64,000 bases of DNA from an uncultured Methanomicrobiaceae archaeon (lineage in GTDB: Archaea > Halobacteriota > Methanomicrobia > Methanomicrobiales > Methanoculleaceae). Positions within the stretch are counted from its first letter, which is position 1. Each line of letters begins with the position of its first letter. The position numbers and the translations under genes were made by a program. The notes below the pieces were generated by a model, which did not search any database, was not told where the DNA came from, and was given only the letters and a program-made list of their open reading frames with translations. The DNA lies in NCBI GenBank assembly GCA_963826525.1, contig CAWGXH010000004.1:704001-768000 (forward strand). The letters run 5' to 3'. Below, one piece after another: positions 53,220 to 64,000 of this stretch.

Positions 53220-53618
53220 TCAGCGATCTGTCCCGCTTGTCCGGACTCCGGCGGCGAACGCCGTCCATTCGGTGCCCTTCCCCGTCAGCCGGTAGATGAT
53301 CCAGTTGCCCTGCCGGTCGCCGACGATCAGCCCGGCCTTTCGGAGGGCAGAGGGGTGGTAGGAGAGTTTTGAGTCGGCGATCTCGAGCATCGCCTTGATC
53401 ACGCAGACGCAGAGCGGCTGCACCAGCAGCATGGCAAGGATCTTCAGCCGGATCGGGTCGGCGAGTGCGCGGAGCGTGGTATTTCGATCGTTTAAGTTGT
53501 CCTCGGTGGGCAGTCGCTTCGTCAGCCCGGCGAGCCCCCCGCACCGGCAGAGCGACTCCACGATCTCTTCGGGAAGCGTCGTCGTATTGCCGGATCTGCC
53601 GGCCGGATTCTGTGCCAC
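53220..53618 (-). CDS. ArsR/SmtB family regulator (start uncertain)
   Basis: ALADPIRLKIL, PLCVCVI, KLSYH, G.WIIYRLT; divergent from arsC. Confidence 0.85.
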   Translation of the reverse strand: MAQNPAGRSGNTTTLPEEIVESLCRCGGLAGLTKRLPTEDNLNDRNTTLRALADPIRLKILAMLLVQPLCVCVIKAMLEIADSKLSYHPSALRKAGLIVGDRQGNWIIYRLTGKGTEWTAFAAGVRTSGTDR

Positions 53619-53673
53619 GGGTCGATGCGTGTGGCTATCCTTAAGACACCTGAGGTCATGTGAGGGGATAGGT

Positions 53674-54081
53674 ATGATACAGCGCGTACTCTTTGTCTGC
53701 ACCCACAACGCCGCCCGCTCGCAGATGGCGGAGGGCTACCTGAACGCCCGGTACGGCGACCGTTACGAAGCCTTCTCCGCCGGCACCGAGCCCGGAGCCC
53801 TGAACTCCTACGCTGTTCGGGCGATGGCCGAGATCGGGATCGATATCACAGGACAGCGTTCGAAGGACCTTGCGGAGTTCGATGAGCAGGAGATGGACTA
53901 CCTGGTTGCGGTCTGTGAAGGGGGGCTCTGCCCGCTCTTCCCCTGGGCGAAGGAGGAGATCCACCAGGAGTTTCCCGACCCGTCGAGACTCACCGGCCCC
54001 GATGAGGAGATCCTGGCCGGCGTCCGGCGGATCCGGGATGAGATCGGAGGCTGGATCGACGAGACGTTCGGGAAGTGGTGA
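53674..54081 (+). CDS. arsC: LMW-PTP-fold arsenate reductase / phosphatase
   Basis: LFVCTHNAARSQMAEG, SAGT.P, FPDP, RRIRDEI. Confidence 0.85.
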   Translation: MIQRVLFVCTHNAARSQMAEGYLNARYGDRYEAFSAGTEPGALNSYAVRAMAEIGIDITGQRSKDLAEFDEQEMDYLVAVCEGGLCPLFPWAKEEIHQEFPDPSRLTGPDEEILAGVRRIRDEIGGWIDETFGKW

Positions 54082-54292
54082 ACGGAGGTTGGGAAATCGG
54101 ACTTTTTTTGGGTACCCGTCGGCCGGTGGGAAGGCCCTGCAGGAGCCGCTCCGCTCCGATTACGATATCTCAGGATTCTCTCGAAGAGACAGGCCCTGAT
54201 TGGTGCAGCTATCGATCCGGTCGGATCATCCCTGCGTTTGCCGCAGCGGAAAAGAGAGTTGGGTGTAAAGAGAGACGGAAGGCAGCGCACCG

Positions 54293-54502
54293 TCAGTCGA
54301 TACCGACGATGACTTCAGTCGCTTTGATGACGACGTAGGCTTCTTTTCCCGGGGCGAGCTCGAGGTGGTCCGCCGACTTTCTTGTGATGACGGCAGTTAT
54401 CTCGGTTCCTCCGGGGAGCTCGACGACGACCTCGGCGCTGACCGGTCCGCGCTCGACCTGTTTAACTGTTCCTTTAAACTGATTGCGTGCACTGATCTTC
54501 AT
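54293..54502 (-). CDS. TOBE/Mop molybdate-binding protein
   Basis: MKISARNQFKG, ITAVIT, VIKATEV. Confidence 0.92.
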   Translation of the reverse strand: MKISARNQFKGTVKQVERGPVSAEVVVELPGGTEITAVITRKSADHLELAPGKEAYVVIKATEVIVGID

Positions 54503-54597
54503 AGGCGATCGGACGGCATTGATTTTCTTTTATATTAAATTATGTTGGTTATCCTGCCGCCCCTCCCTGGAGGTGCTCTCCGACGCCGGAACGCCGA

Positions 54598-55290
54598 TCA
54601 ATCGCCGGTGACATAGCGTCTTCTGAAGATCGACGGAATGCCTGCGGAAATACCGGCGGCGGCCTCTGCCGGCAGCGGCAGATCACCTGCTGCAGGGTGG
54701 TTGAGGAAGGGTGCGGGGGAGATCGGCGATACCGGATGCATCTCCCGCCATTCCCAGACCGCATCCATCACCTCGCTCGCCGCGCTCAGGACACCGGCCG
54801 CTCCCGCATCGACCACGACGGGGTTCCCGAGCGACCAGCGGTCGATCACCGTATTGAGGAGTCGCCTGCGGACGGTCCAGATCATGGGAGGATGGGGACG
54901 TGCGCAGAGCCGGTCGAGCTCATTGGCCCAGACGGCACCCTGGAGCTCGAACCGCCCCACTTCATCGATGATCAGCAGGTCGGCCTTTCCCGTATCCGGA
55001 AGGGAGAGGGCTCTCCTGCCGAGGGCAAGACCTTCGGGCCTGAAGAAGAATCGGCCGTGGCGTTCGCATCCCGGGAAAGGATCTGCCGAGCAGAGGGGCT
55101 CACGCGTCCCGGTGGCGAGGTCGACGAGCGTAAAGCCCGATCTCCTGCCGTCACGGACGTGGCCGGGCGTGATCACTCCCCGGAGGTGCGGGTGCAGTCC
55201 GGTTATCAGCCCGAGCACCTGGTAGAGGAAGGTTGTCTTGCATTGGCCCTGCTCGCCGGTGATGATGAAGACCGGCACCGTTTCTCTCAT
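54598..55290 (-). CDS. THEP1/DUF2478-like nucleoside triphosphatase
   Basis: ITGEQGQCKTT (altered Walker A), GRRSGF.LVDL, LLIIDEVGRFE. Confidence 0.78.
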   Translation of the reverse strand: MRETVPVFIITGEQGQCKTTFLYQVLGLITGLHPHLRGVITPGHVRDGRRSGFTLVDLATGTREPLCSADPFPGCERHGRFFFRPEGLALGRRALSLPDTGKADLLIIDEVGRFELQGAVWANELDRLCARPHPPMIWTVRRRLLNTVIDRWSLGNPVVVDAGAAGVLSAASEVMDAVWEWREMHPVSPISPAPFLNHPAAGDLPLPAEAAAGISAGIPSIFRRRYVTGD

Positions 55291-55637
55291 CTGACACATC
55301 CTCCGGTACCGGGAGAAGCATCTCCGGGAGAGGGGGATCGGCCTGTCGCGATCACCAGCGGTGCTGGTACTCCGGTAGACATACTCATACCTGAGCACGC
55401 CGCTATATTAATGGTTTACATCCTAAATTTGTTAACCTTGTTAAATTTATTCTCCGGGAGAAGACCGGCCGGGATCTTTTCCGTCGCAGAGATTGTGGAT
55501 CCGGGGTTGTCGGGGTGCAGGGAACCGCGAAAGGAGCGGATACCCTGCCCACTCGCTCCAGACCGCCGCTCACTCGTCCTGCTCTGTGCCGTATTAGTTA
55601 AGTAACGGAGAGAGTAATTGAATACGGAGTCGATTCT

Positions 55638-56132
55638 ATGGCAGATCAGACGGAAGAAAAGAAGGTCGTGCTGCACACGACGATGGGCGATATCGTCCTC
55701 CGGCTATACAGCGACATGCCGGTGACGGCAGGGAACTTTGAAAAGCTCGTCAGCAAAGGGTTTTATGACGGGACGCCCTTCCACCGGGTCATCTCGAAGT
55801 TCATGATCCAGGGCGGCGACCCGACTGGTACCGGCACCGGCGGCCCGGGCTACACCGTCAAAGACGAGTTCGTGAAGGGCCACTCGAACCGCCGCGGCAC
55901 CATCGCCATGGCGAACACCGGCAGGCCGAACACCGGCGGGAGCCAGTTCTTCATCAACCTCGTGGACAACACCTTCCTCGACTGGGACAACCCCTCGACC
56001 CCGAGCGCCCACCCCGTCTTCGGGGAGGTTGCCGAGGGTATGGAGGTTGTCGATGCGATCGGAAAGGTGAAGACGAACAATGCCGACCGGCCACAGAAAC
56101 CGGTCACGATCGAAAAAGCCGAGATGCTGTAG
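55638..56132 (+). CDS. Cyclophilin-type peptidyl-prolyl isomerase
   Basis: FYDG..FHRVI..FMIQGGDP, AMAN, GSQFFIN, HPVFG. Confidence 0.95.
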   Translation: MADQTEEKKVVLHTTMGDIVLRLYSDMPVTAGNFEKLVSKGFYDGTPFHRVISKFMIQGGDPTGTGTGGPGYTVKDEFVKGHSNRRGTIAMANTGRPNTGGSQFFINLVDNTFLDWDNPSTPSAHPVFGEVAEGMEVVDAIGKVKTNNADRPQKPVTIEKAEML

Positions 56133-56204
56133 CACCCCGGTCGATCACTTCCGGAAAACTCTTTTTTACCCGGACTCGCCGCCGAGAAAAAGTGGATGTC
56201 CGGG

Positions 56205-57528
56205 TCACTCCTCGACTGCTCCCTGGAGTTTCACCGTCGTCTCCTGCTTTGATACGGGTGGCCTCATCAGCAGGAATGCGACGACGAGTCCGACGGCGGC
56301 GAGAGCCGCTATGTAGGGGAAGACCCCGAGGTACGATCCCGTGGACGCCTCGATGAACCCGGCGAGCTGCGGGCCTGCTATCGCACCGGCGCCGTATGCC
56401 AGAAAGACGACGCCGTAGCAGCGTGGATAGTCGCAGGTCCCGAAGTAACTCGCCGTCGCCGTGGGGGCGATGGCCAGCCACCCGCCGAGGCAGCCCCAGA
56501 GGACGGCGAAGGCGAGGATGTACCGACCACTCCGCCGGCACCAGCCACATCAGCAGGGATGCCGCCCCTATCAGGACGAACGAGGCCATCGCGGTCTTCC
56601 CGGGAGTGAGCCGGTCGGTGAGCGACCCGAAGACCGGGCGCCCGCCGCCGTTGAAGATGGCGAAGAACCCGACGAGCATCGTCGCGAGCGCCGGCTCGAT
56701 CTGCACCACGTCCGTGCCGACGGGTTTTGCTATCGAGATGGCCATGAGGCCTGCCAGACACCCGATGAAGTAGCAGACCCAGAGCCCGTAGAACGCCCCT
56801 GTCCGCACCATCACGCTTCGGTTGCACTCGCACGCGATAGCGGCTCCCGGAACAGGCGCAGGCGGCGTCCAGCCGGCCGGCTTCCATCCCGGCTTCGGGA
56901 ACCGGAGCGGCAGGGCGAGGAGCAGGAGCAGGACGATGAAGGCGGCGCCGAAGATGCGGAACGTGGTCATGACCCCGTACGCCTCAATGAGCGCTCCTGC
57001 GATATTCGCCGTCAGGAACGCCGAGAACCCGAACCCGAGCAGGGTCATCCCGACGGCGAGGCCGCGCCGGTCCGGGAACCACCGTGCCGCGACGGCGACC
57101 GGCGCCCCGTAAGCGATGCCGACCCCGAGGCCGCCGACAACCCCGTAGAGGATGTAGAGCATCTGGACGGAGGTGGCGGTCGATGCGAGCAGCCACCCCG
57201 CGCCCGTCAGCAGACCGCCGATAATCGTCATCGTCCGCGGTCCGAGTGTCTCGATATACTTCCCCGAGAGGGGCATCGCGAGGGCGAAGAACGCCAGGAA
57301 GACCGAGAACGGCAGCAGTATCTCGCTCGCCGTCACCGTCTGTCCGAGTGTCTCGGTGAAGTATCCGGTCAGGGGGCCGACGAAGACACTCCACGAGTAG
57401 ATGCTCCCGAGACAGAGGTTGATGATCATCCCGAGGATGACCAGTACCCAGCGCCCCCGTGCGGGGTCCATCCCGAGCAGTCGCTCCTCCGCCGAACCGG
57501 TTCCGTATGATGGTGTGCCTTTCGCCAT
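56205..57528 (-). CDS. OFA-family MFS transporter (frameshift near 56525)
   Basis: LGSIYSWSVF, RWFPDRRGLAVG, FNGGGR..FG.L.DR. Confidence 0.9.
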
Positions 57529-57547
57529 TGTATCACCTCAAAGCGGA

Positions 57548-59437
<1,890 letters not shown>

Positions 59438-59736
59438 CTTCTCACAATCCATCATGATGAATCGTGTCGTTTCCGGCGAACCGTGCCGCATTCGGGCAGG
59501 GTCACGATCACAGAAACGATACGGTCAATTGGGGCGCGTATTTCCGGATATCCGGGAGAGAATGCCCCGTGCTCGCATACGGTGCCTGACCGGCGCTCCC
59601 GAAGGAGACCGGCCGCAGGGGTACATCTTTTCGACAGGCGTCGCCCTCGGGGTGCTCACTCCGTATTCTACATGATTAATAGTGTATAATTCGAGAAAAA
59701 CTTTATGGTCGCACCGAAGGATCGCCGCCTCGCGGT

Positions 59737-60679
59737 TCAGAGCCAGTCTTTCCGCATCATGATCGCGGCGAGGAGGCCGGAGATGACGAGTGAGAGCAGG
59801 ACAAGAATGAGAAATCCGTTCGGATCGTCCTGGAGCGGTACCGGGACGTTCATCCCAATGAAACTCGCGATCATCGTCGGGACGGCGAGGATGATGGTGA
59901 TGGACGTGAGGAACCGCAGGATGCTGTTGAAGTTGTTCGAGATGAGCGACGCGAAGGCATCCATCGTCTCGGAGAGGATCGTGCTGTAGGTGTTTGCCAT
60001 ATCGATAGCCTGTCGGTTCTCGATGATGACGTCCTCAAGGAGATCGGTATCGTCCGGATACATCCGCAGGGGCTGGAACTTGAGGATCTTGTCAAGGACG
60101 ATGGCGTTGCTCCGCAGCGAGGTTGAAAAGTAGACGAGGCTCTTTTTGAGGTTTAAGAGCTGGATGAGTTCCTTGTTCTTGAGGGACTCCTGCAGCTCCG
60201 CCCCGACACGGTCGCTCGTCAACTCGATCTGCCGCAGGTACCTGAAGGAAGTACGAGGCGTTCCGGAAGAGGATCTGCAGGACGAATCGGGTCTTCTTGA
60301 AGGTGTAAAATCCTCTGACCCGCCCGCTCTGGAAGTCGCCGATGATGGCGTTCTCGGTCAGGCAGACCGTGATGATTGTACTCGCGGCGACGATGATCCC
60401 GAGCGGCATTGTGGTGTACGGGATCGCCTGCTGCGTTCCCGGGATGGGGATATCGATGACGACGAGTGTGCAGCCGTCCTCGGTATCGATGCGTGGCCGT
60501 TCCTCTTCGTCGAGAGCCGCGCGGAAGTACCTGGGGGGTATCGGCAGGGCTCGCGTAATCTCGAGGATCTCGTCGGCCGAAGGGGCGATCATGCAGACCC
60601 AGGCACCCGGTTCGAGCCGGTCGAGCGACTCCATCGAGATCCCCTGGTCGGTCTGGACGGTCTTGTATATCCGGAGCAT
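59737..60679 (-). CDS. corA: CorA family Mg2+ transporter (frameshift near 60245)
   Basis: ALDEEERPR, KSLVYF, PTMIASFIGMNV. Confidence 0.93.
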
Positions 60680-60803
60680 GATGATCACCTGCCTGGCTGC
60701 CCTGCGGCATTCGCCTGTGTATTCAGGTTTCGCCCGTATCCCCGATGAATCTATGGGCGCTCCATGGGGAGTGAACGTGAATTTTCTAAAAAAGGGGTGT
60801 GGT

Positions 60804-62831
60804 TTAGAGAACCAGGATCAGCGGGGCGAAGACCAGGGCGACCATGCTCATCAATTTCAGGAGAATGTTGATGGCGGGGCCGCTCGTGTCCTTGAAGGGG
60901 TCTCCCACGGTGTCGCCGACGACTGCGGCTTTGTGAGCGGCGGAACCCTTGCCGCCGAGGTGGCCCTTCTCGATGTATTTCTTGGCGTTGTCCCAGGATC
61001 CGCCGGAGTTTGCCATGGTAACGGCAAGCAGGAATCCTGCGGAGAGCGACCCGACCAGGAGTCCTCCGAGTGCGGAGGTGCCGAGGACGAACCCGACGAC
61101 GAGCGGGGCGGCGACGGCGAGGACACCGGGCAGGATCATCTCGCGGAGAGCAGAGTTTGTCGAGATGCTGATACAGGATGCGTAGTCAGGCTCTGCCTTC
61201 CCCTCCATGAGGCCGGGGATCTGCTTGAACTGCCGGCGAACCTCGTGGACAATGCTGTACGCCGCCTTTCCGACTGCCATCATGGTGATGGAGCAGAAGA
61301 GGAACGGCAGCATGGCACCGATGAGGAGGCCGATGAAGACATTGGGCAGGGAGACATCGATGGAGGTGAGACCGACTGCCTGGGTGTAGGCGGCGAAGAG
61401 CGCAAGTGCGGTCAGCGCTGCGGAGCCGATGGCAAAACCCTTGCCGATAGCGGCGGTGGTGTTGCCGACGGCGTCGAGGGTATCGGTGATCTCACGGACT
61501 TCGGGCTTCTGGTGGGACATCTCGGCGATACCGCCGGCGTTGTCCGCAACAGGGCCGTATGCATCGACGGAGAGGGAGATGCCGAGCGTCGAGAGCATAC
61601 CGACCGCCGCGATTGCGATACCGTAGAGGCCTGCAAAGTAGTAGGCGACGTAGATGGCGGCGGCGATGATCAGGACGGGGAAGAGGGTGCTCTCCATACC
61701 CTTGGCAAACCCGGTGATGATGGTGGTGGCGGCACCGGTCTCGGTCGACTTGACGATGGCGAGGGTCGGTTTGCGCTCAAAGGACGTGTAGTACTCGGTG
61801 ATGAGACCGATACCGAATCCGGCGACGAGGCCTGCGATTGTTGCGTAAAAGACACCGATATACTCGGGTCCGAGCATGAAGTTGACGAGCAGGTACGTGG
61901 AGATGACGACCAGCACGAGGCCGACAAGGAGACCCTTGTTGAAGGCCATGTGGATGGCGCTGCTCTCGGTCTTGTTCGTCCGGACGAAGAACGACCCGAT
62001 GATGGCGCTGATGATACCGACTGCTGCGATGAGCAGCGGGAGCATGATGACGTTAAGGGGCGCGATGTTCGGGAACTGGATGGCGGCGGCGGTTGCGCCG
62101 AGCACCATGGTGGCGATGATCGAACCGACGTACGACTCGTAAAGGTCGGCACCCATACCTGCCACGTCACCGACATTGTCACCGACGTTGTCGGCGATGA
62201 CGGCGGGGTTGCGGGGATCGTCCTCGGGGATGCCGGCTTCGACCTTGCCGACGAGATCGGCACCCACATCGGCTGCCTTCGTGAAGATACCGCCTCCGAC
62301 ACGGGCGAAGAGTGCGATCGAGCTTGCACCGAGACCGAACCCGGTGACGATGGCGAGAACCTCAGTCTGGGGGAGACTGGTGAAGTCGCTGACGGCAACA
62401 TAGGCGATCGAGAGGCCGAGGAGGCCGAGACCGACCACGGACATGCCCATGACCGAGCCGCTGGCAAAGGAGACCTTGAATGCGTCCCCGATACCTCTCC
62501 GGGCGGCGTTCGTCGTCCTGACGTTTGCCATGGTTGCGGTGAACATGCCGATGTAACCGGCAGTCGCCGAGAGTACCGCACCGAGCACGAAGCAGGCGGC
62601 GGTGAGCGGGTGAATTCCCACGGCGAGTACGATCGCCATAATGACGACGAATACTGCGATGGCGCGATACTGTTTGTTCAGGTACACCATTGCTCCCGTG
62701 TGAATAGCGGCAGCAATCTTCTGCATGGTTTCAGTACCTGTGCCCTCCTTCCTGATTGCAGTGTACGAGTACCCTGCAAAAAGAAGAGCGACAAGGGCAC
62801 ACAATGGTGCCAGGTAGACCAGGTAGTCCAT
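60804..62831 (-). CDS. hppA: Membrane pyrophosphatase, K+-dependent (probably Na+-translocating)
   Basis: [33 protein letters not shown] (Ala form indicates K+ dependence), DLYESY. Confidence 0.95.
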   Translation of the reverse strand: MDYLVYLAPLCALVALLFAGYSYTAIRKEGTGTETMQKIAAAIHTGAMVYLNKQYRAIAVFVVIMAIVLAVGIHPLTAACFVLGAVLSATAGYIGMFTATMANVRTTNAARRGIGDAFKVSFASGSVMGMSVVGLGLLGLSIAYVAVSDFTSLPQTEVLAIVTGFGLGASSIALFARVGGGIFTKAADVGADLVGKVEAGIPEDDPRNPAVIADNVGDNVGDVAGMGADLYESYVGSIIATMVLGATAAAIQFPNIAPLNVIMLPLLIAAVGIISAIIGSFFVRTNKTESSAIHMAFNKGLLVGLVLVVISTYLLVNFMLGPEYIGVFYATIAGLVAGFGIGLITEYYTSFERKPTLAIVKSTETGAATTIITGFAKGMESTLFPVLIIAAAIYVAYYFAGLYGIAIAAVGMLSTLGISLSVDAYGPVADNAGGIAEMSHQKPEVREITDTLDAVGNTTAAIGKGFAIGSAALTALALFAAYTQAVGLTSIDVSLPNVFIGLLIGAMLPFLFCSITMMAVGKAAYSIVHEVRRQFKQIPGLMEGKAEPDYASCISISTNSALREMILPGVLAVAAPLVVGFVLGTSALGGLLVGSLSAGFLLAVTMANSGGSWDNAKKYIEKGHLGGKGSAAHKAAVVGDTVGDPFKDTSGPAINILLKLMSMVALVFAPLILVL

Positions 62832-62923
62832 CTCTCTACATTCCTCCGGTTGATTACCATAATTAAAGGAGTAGACCATTTAATTAAACATATGGAAAAT
62901 AAATAGAGAGAAATTCTACGAAT

Positions 62924-64000
62924 TTAACTGAAATCCATAACTTCCGGCTGCAACGTCTCAAGGTCGACAACCACCGCCCGCGCCGGGGTCGGGTTGATGT
63001 TCATCTGTTTCTGAAACGCCGTCTGTGCCTGCCATGTCCCCGTGTTGATGCCGAGGACGCCCCGATATTTTGTTATCCCGCAGATATGGACGTGGCCCGT
63101 GTGCAGGATCTCCGGCAGCGGGTCGATCACCAGCCGATCCATCTTCGCGGCTGCGATGGGTGTCCGCATTCCGTAGGTGCATCCAAGCAACCGCCGCTTG
63201 AGCATCTCTTCCATGATCTCGCCGGGCTTCTCGTACGACGCACCCGGGATGAGCCCGATCATGTCGTCGATAGACCGCCCGTGGTACATCAGCACGCGGA
63301 CGCCCTGGAGGCTGACCAGGCAAGGGTTCTCTACCATCTGGCAGTTTGGGGGGAAGTTTCCGGTAAACTCCAGTGGGAGAGCCGGCTGCGGCTCGGCCAT
63401 CCTCACGACGTCGTGGTTGCCGGGTGCGAGGACGATCTTGATCCGGGAGGGAAGGTCGCGGAGCATCCCGGCAAAAGCATCGTACTGCTCGTAAATGTTT
63501 TTGATAGTGAGCTCGTGCTCCTGGCCCGGGTAGATCCCGATACCGTCCACGAGGTCGCCGGCGACGAGCAGGTAGGAGGCGTCCGTATCCTGCAGCCAGT
63601 CTGCAAACCGGTTCCACGCGTCTTCGAGGAAGGTGTCGCTCCCGACGTGGACATCGGAGATCAGTACCGCCTTCCCCGGCCGGTCGCTTGTATACGGAGC
63701 ATGCTTGATCGGGATATCGGGCCGGGAGAGTCTGCTCGGCGAAGAAGAGCCCGCCGTCGTTCGAGAGTTTGCCCTTCACCCCGAGCACCTCGTCAGGCAG
63801 GATCCGCTCGGCGTCCGCGAAGGTATCGTCGCGGCTCTTGTTGAAGAGCACCAGAATGGTGCCGGTCGGGTCTTCGATCTCCACCAGCCGGTGCCCCTTC
63901 GCCGTCGTCCGCACCTCCACGACCATCCCGATGACGGTGCACTCCTGGTCGCGGTAGCGGTGCGGCGACGTCGTCAGCGCCTCGATCGGCATCGCCGTCG
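62924..64000 (-). CDS. polB: DNA polymerase II (PolD) small subunit DP1, 3' part (frameshift near 63730; gene begins beyond the window)
   Basis: OB-fold IGMV.EVRTTAKGH, SDVHVGS, GDLVDGIGIYPGQ, PGNHD, YHGRS.DD, HTGHVH, QT.FQK. Confidence 0.95.

Noticed and set aside
55230-55260. Walker A GKT to CKT change in the NTPase
   Set aside because: A single substitution in an error-prone assembly; cannot claim inactivation
55424-55449. AT-rich partial palindrome TAAATTT...AAATTTA between the NTPase and cyclophilin genes
   Set aside because: Short arms in an AT-rich divergent promoter; could arise by chance
60342-62906. Long antisense ORFs (also 8297-10207, 17769-19484, 31993-33651, 37491-39131)
   Set aside because: Shadow frames of real genes, expected from high-GC codon bias

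Overview
High-GC archaeal chromosomal segment, most consistent with a Methanomicrobiales methanogen (Methanoculleus-like; inferred from gene content). The right half is the replication-origin region. It carries orc1/cdc6 with five ORB boxes in two clusters plus a partial ORB at the hel308 start, and core genes gap, tyrS, rio1, hel308, cgi121, purA, cbiB, pdxST, acs, corA, hppA and the PolD DP1 subunit. The left half is accessory: an unknown 614-aa gene linked to larC, three wHTH-PAS one-component regulators, ppk1-ppx, an Nramp-like transporter fused to two 5TMR-LYT modules, glgP, a cardiolipin synthase remnant, feoAB-dtxR with operator palindromes, three tandem atypical KTSC genes, and a large beta-helix surface protein with an anchored partner. 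The least explained element is a ~1.2-kb non-coding locus between convergent genes (34780-36011). It has a perfect 22-bp inverted repeat around an AT-rich core and many phased TGCAC/TACAC motifs. Many genes, including essential ones, contain single-base frameshifts, which most likely reflect sequencing or assembly indels. No rRNA, tRNA, CRISPR array, transposase or integrase was recognised.
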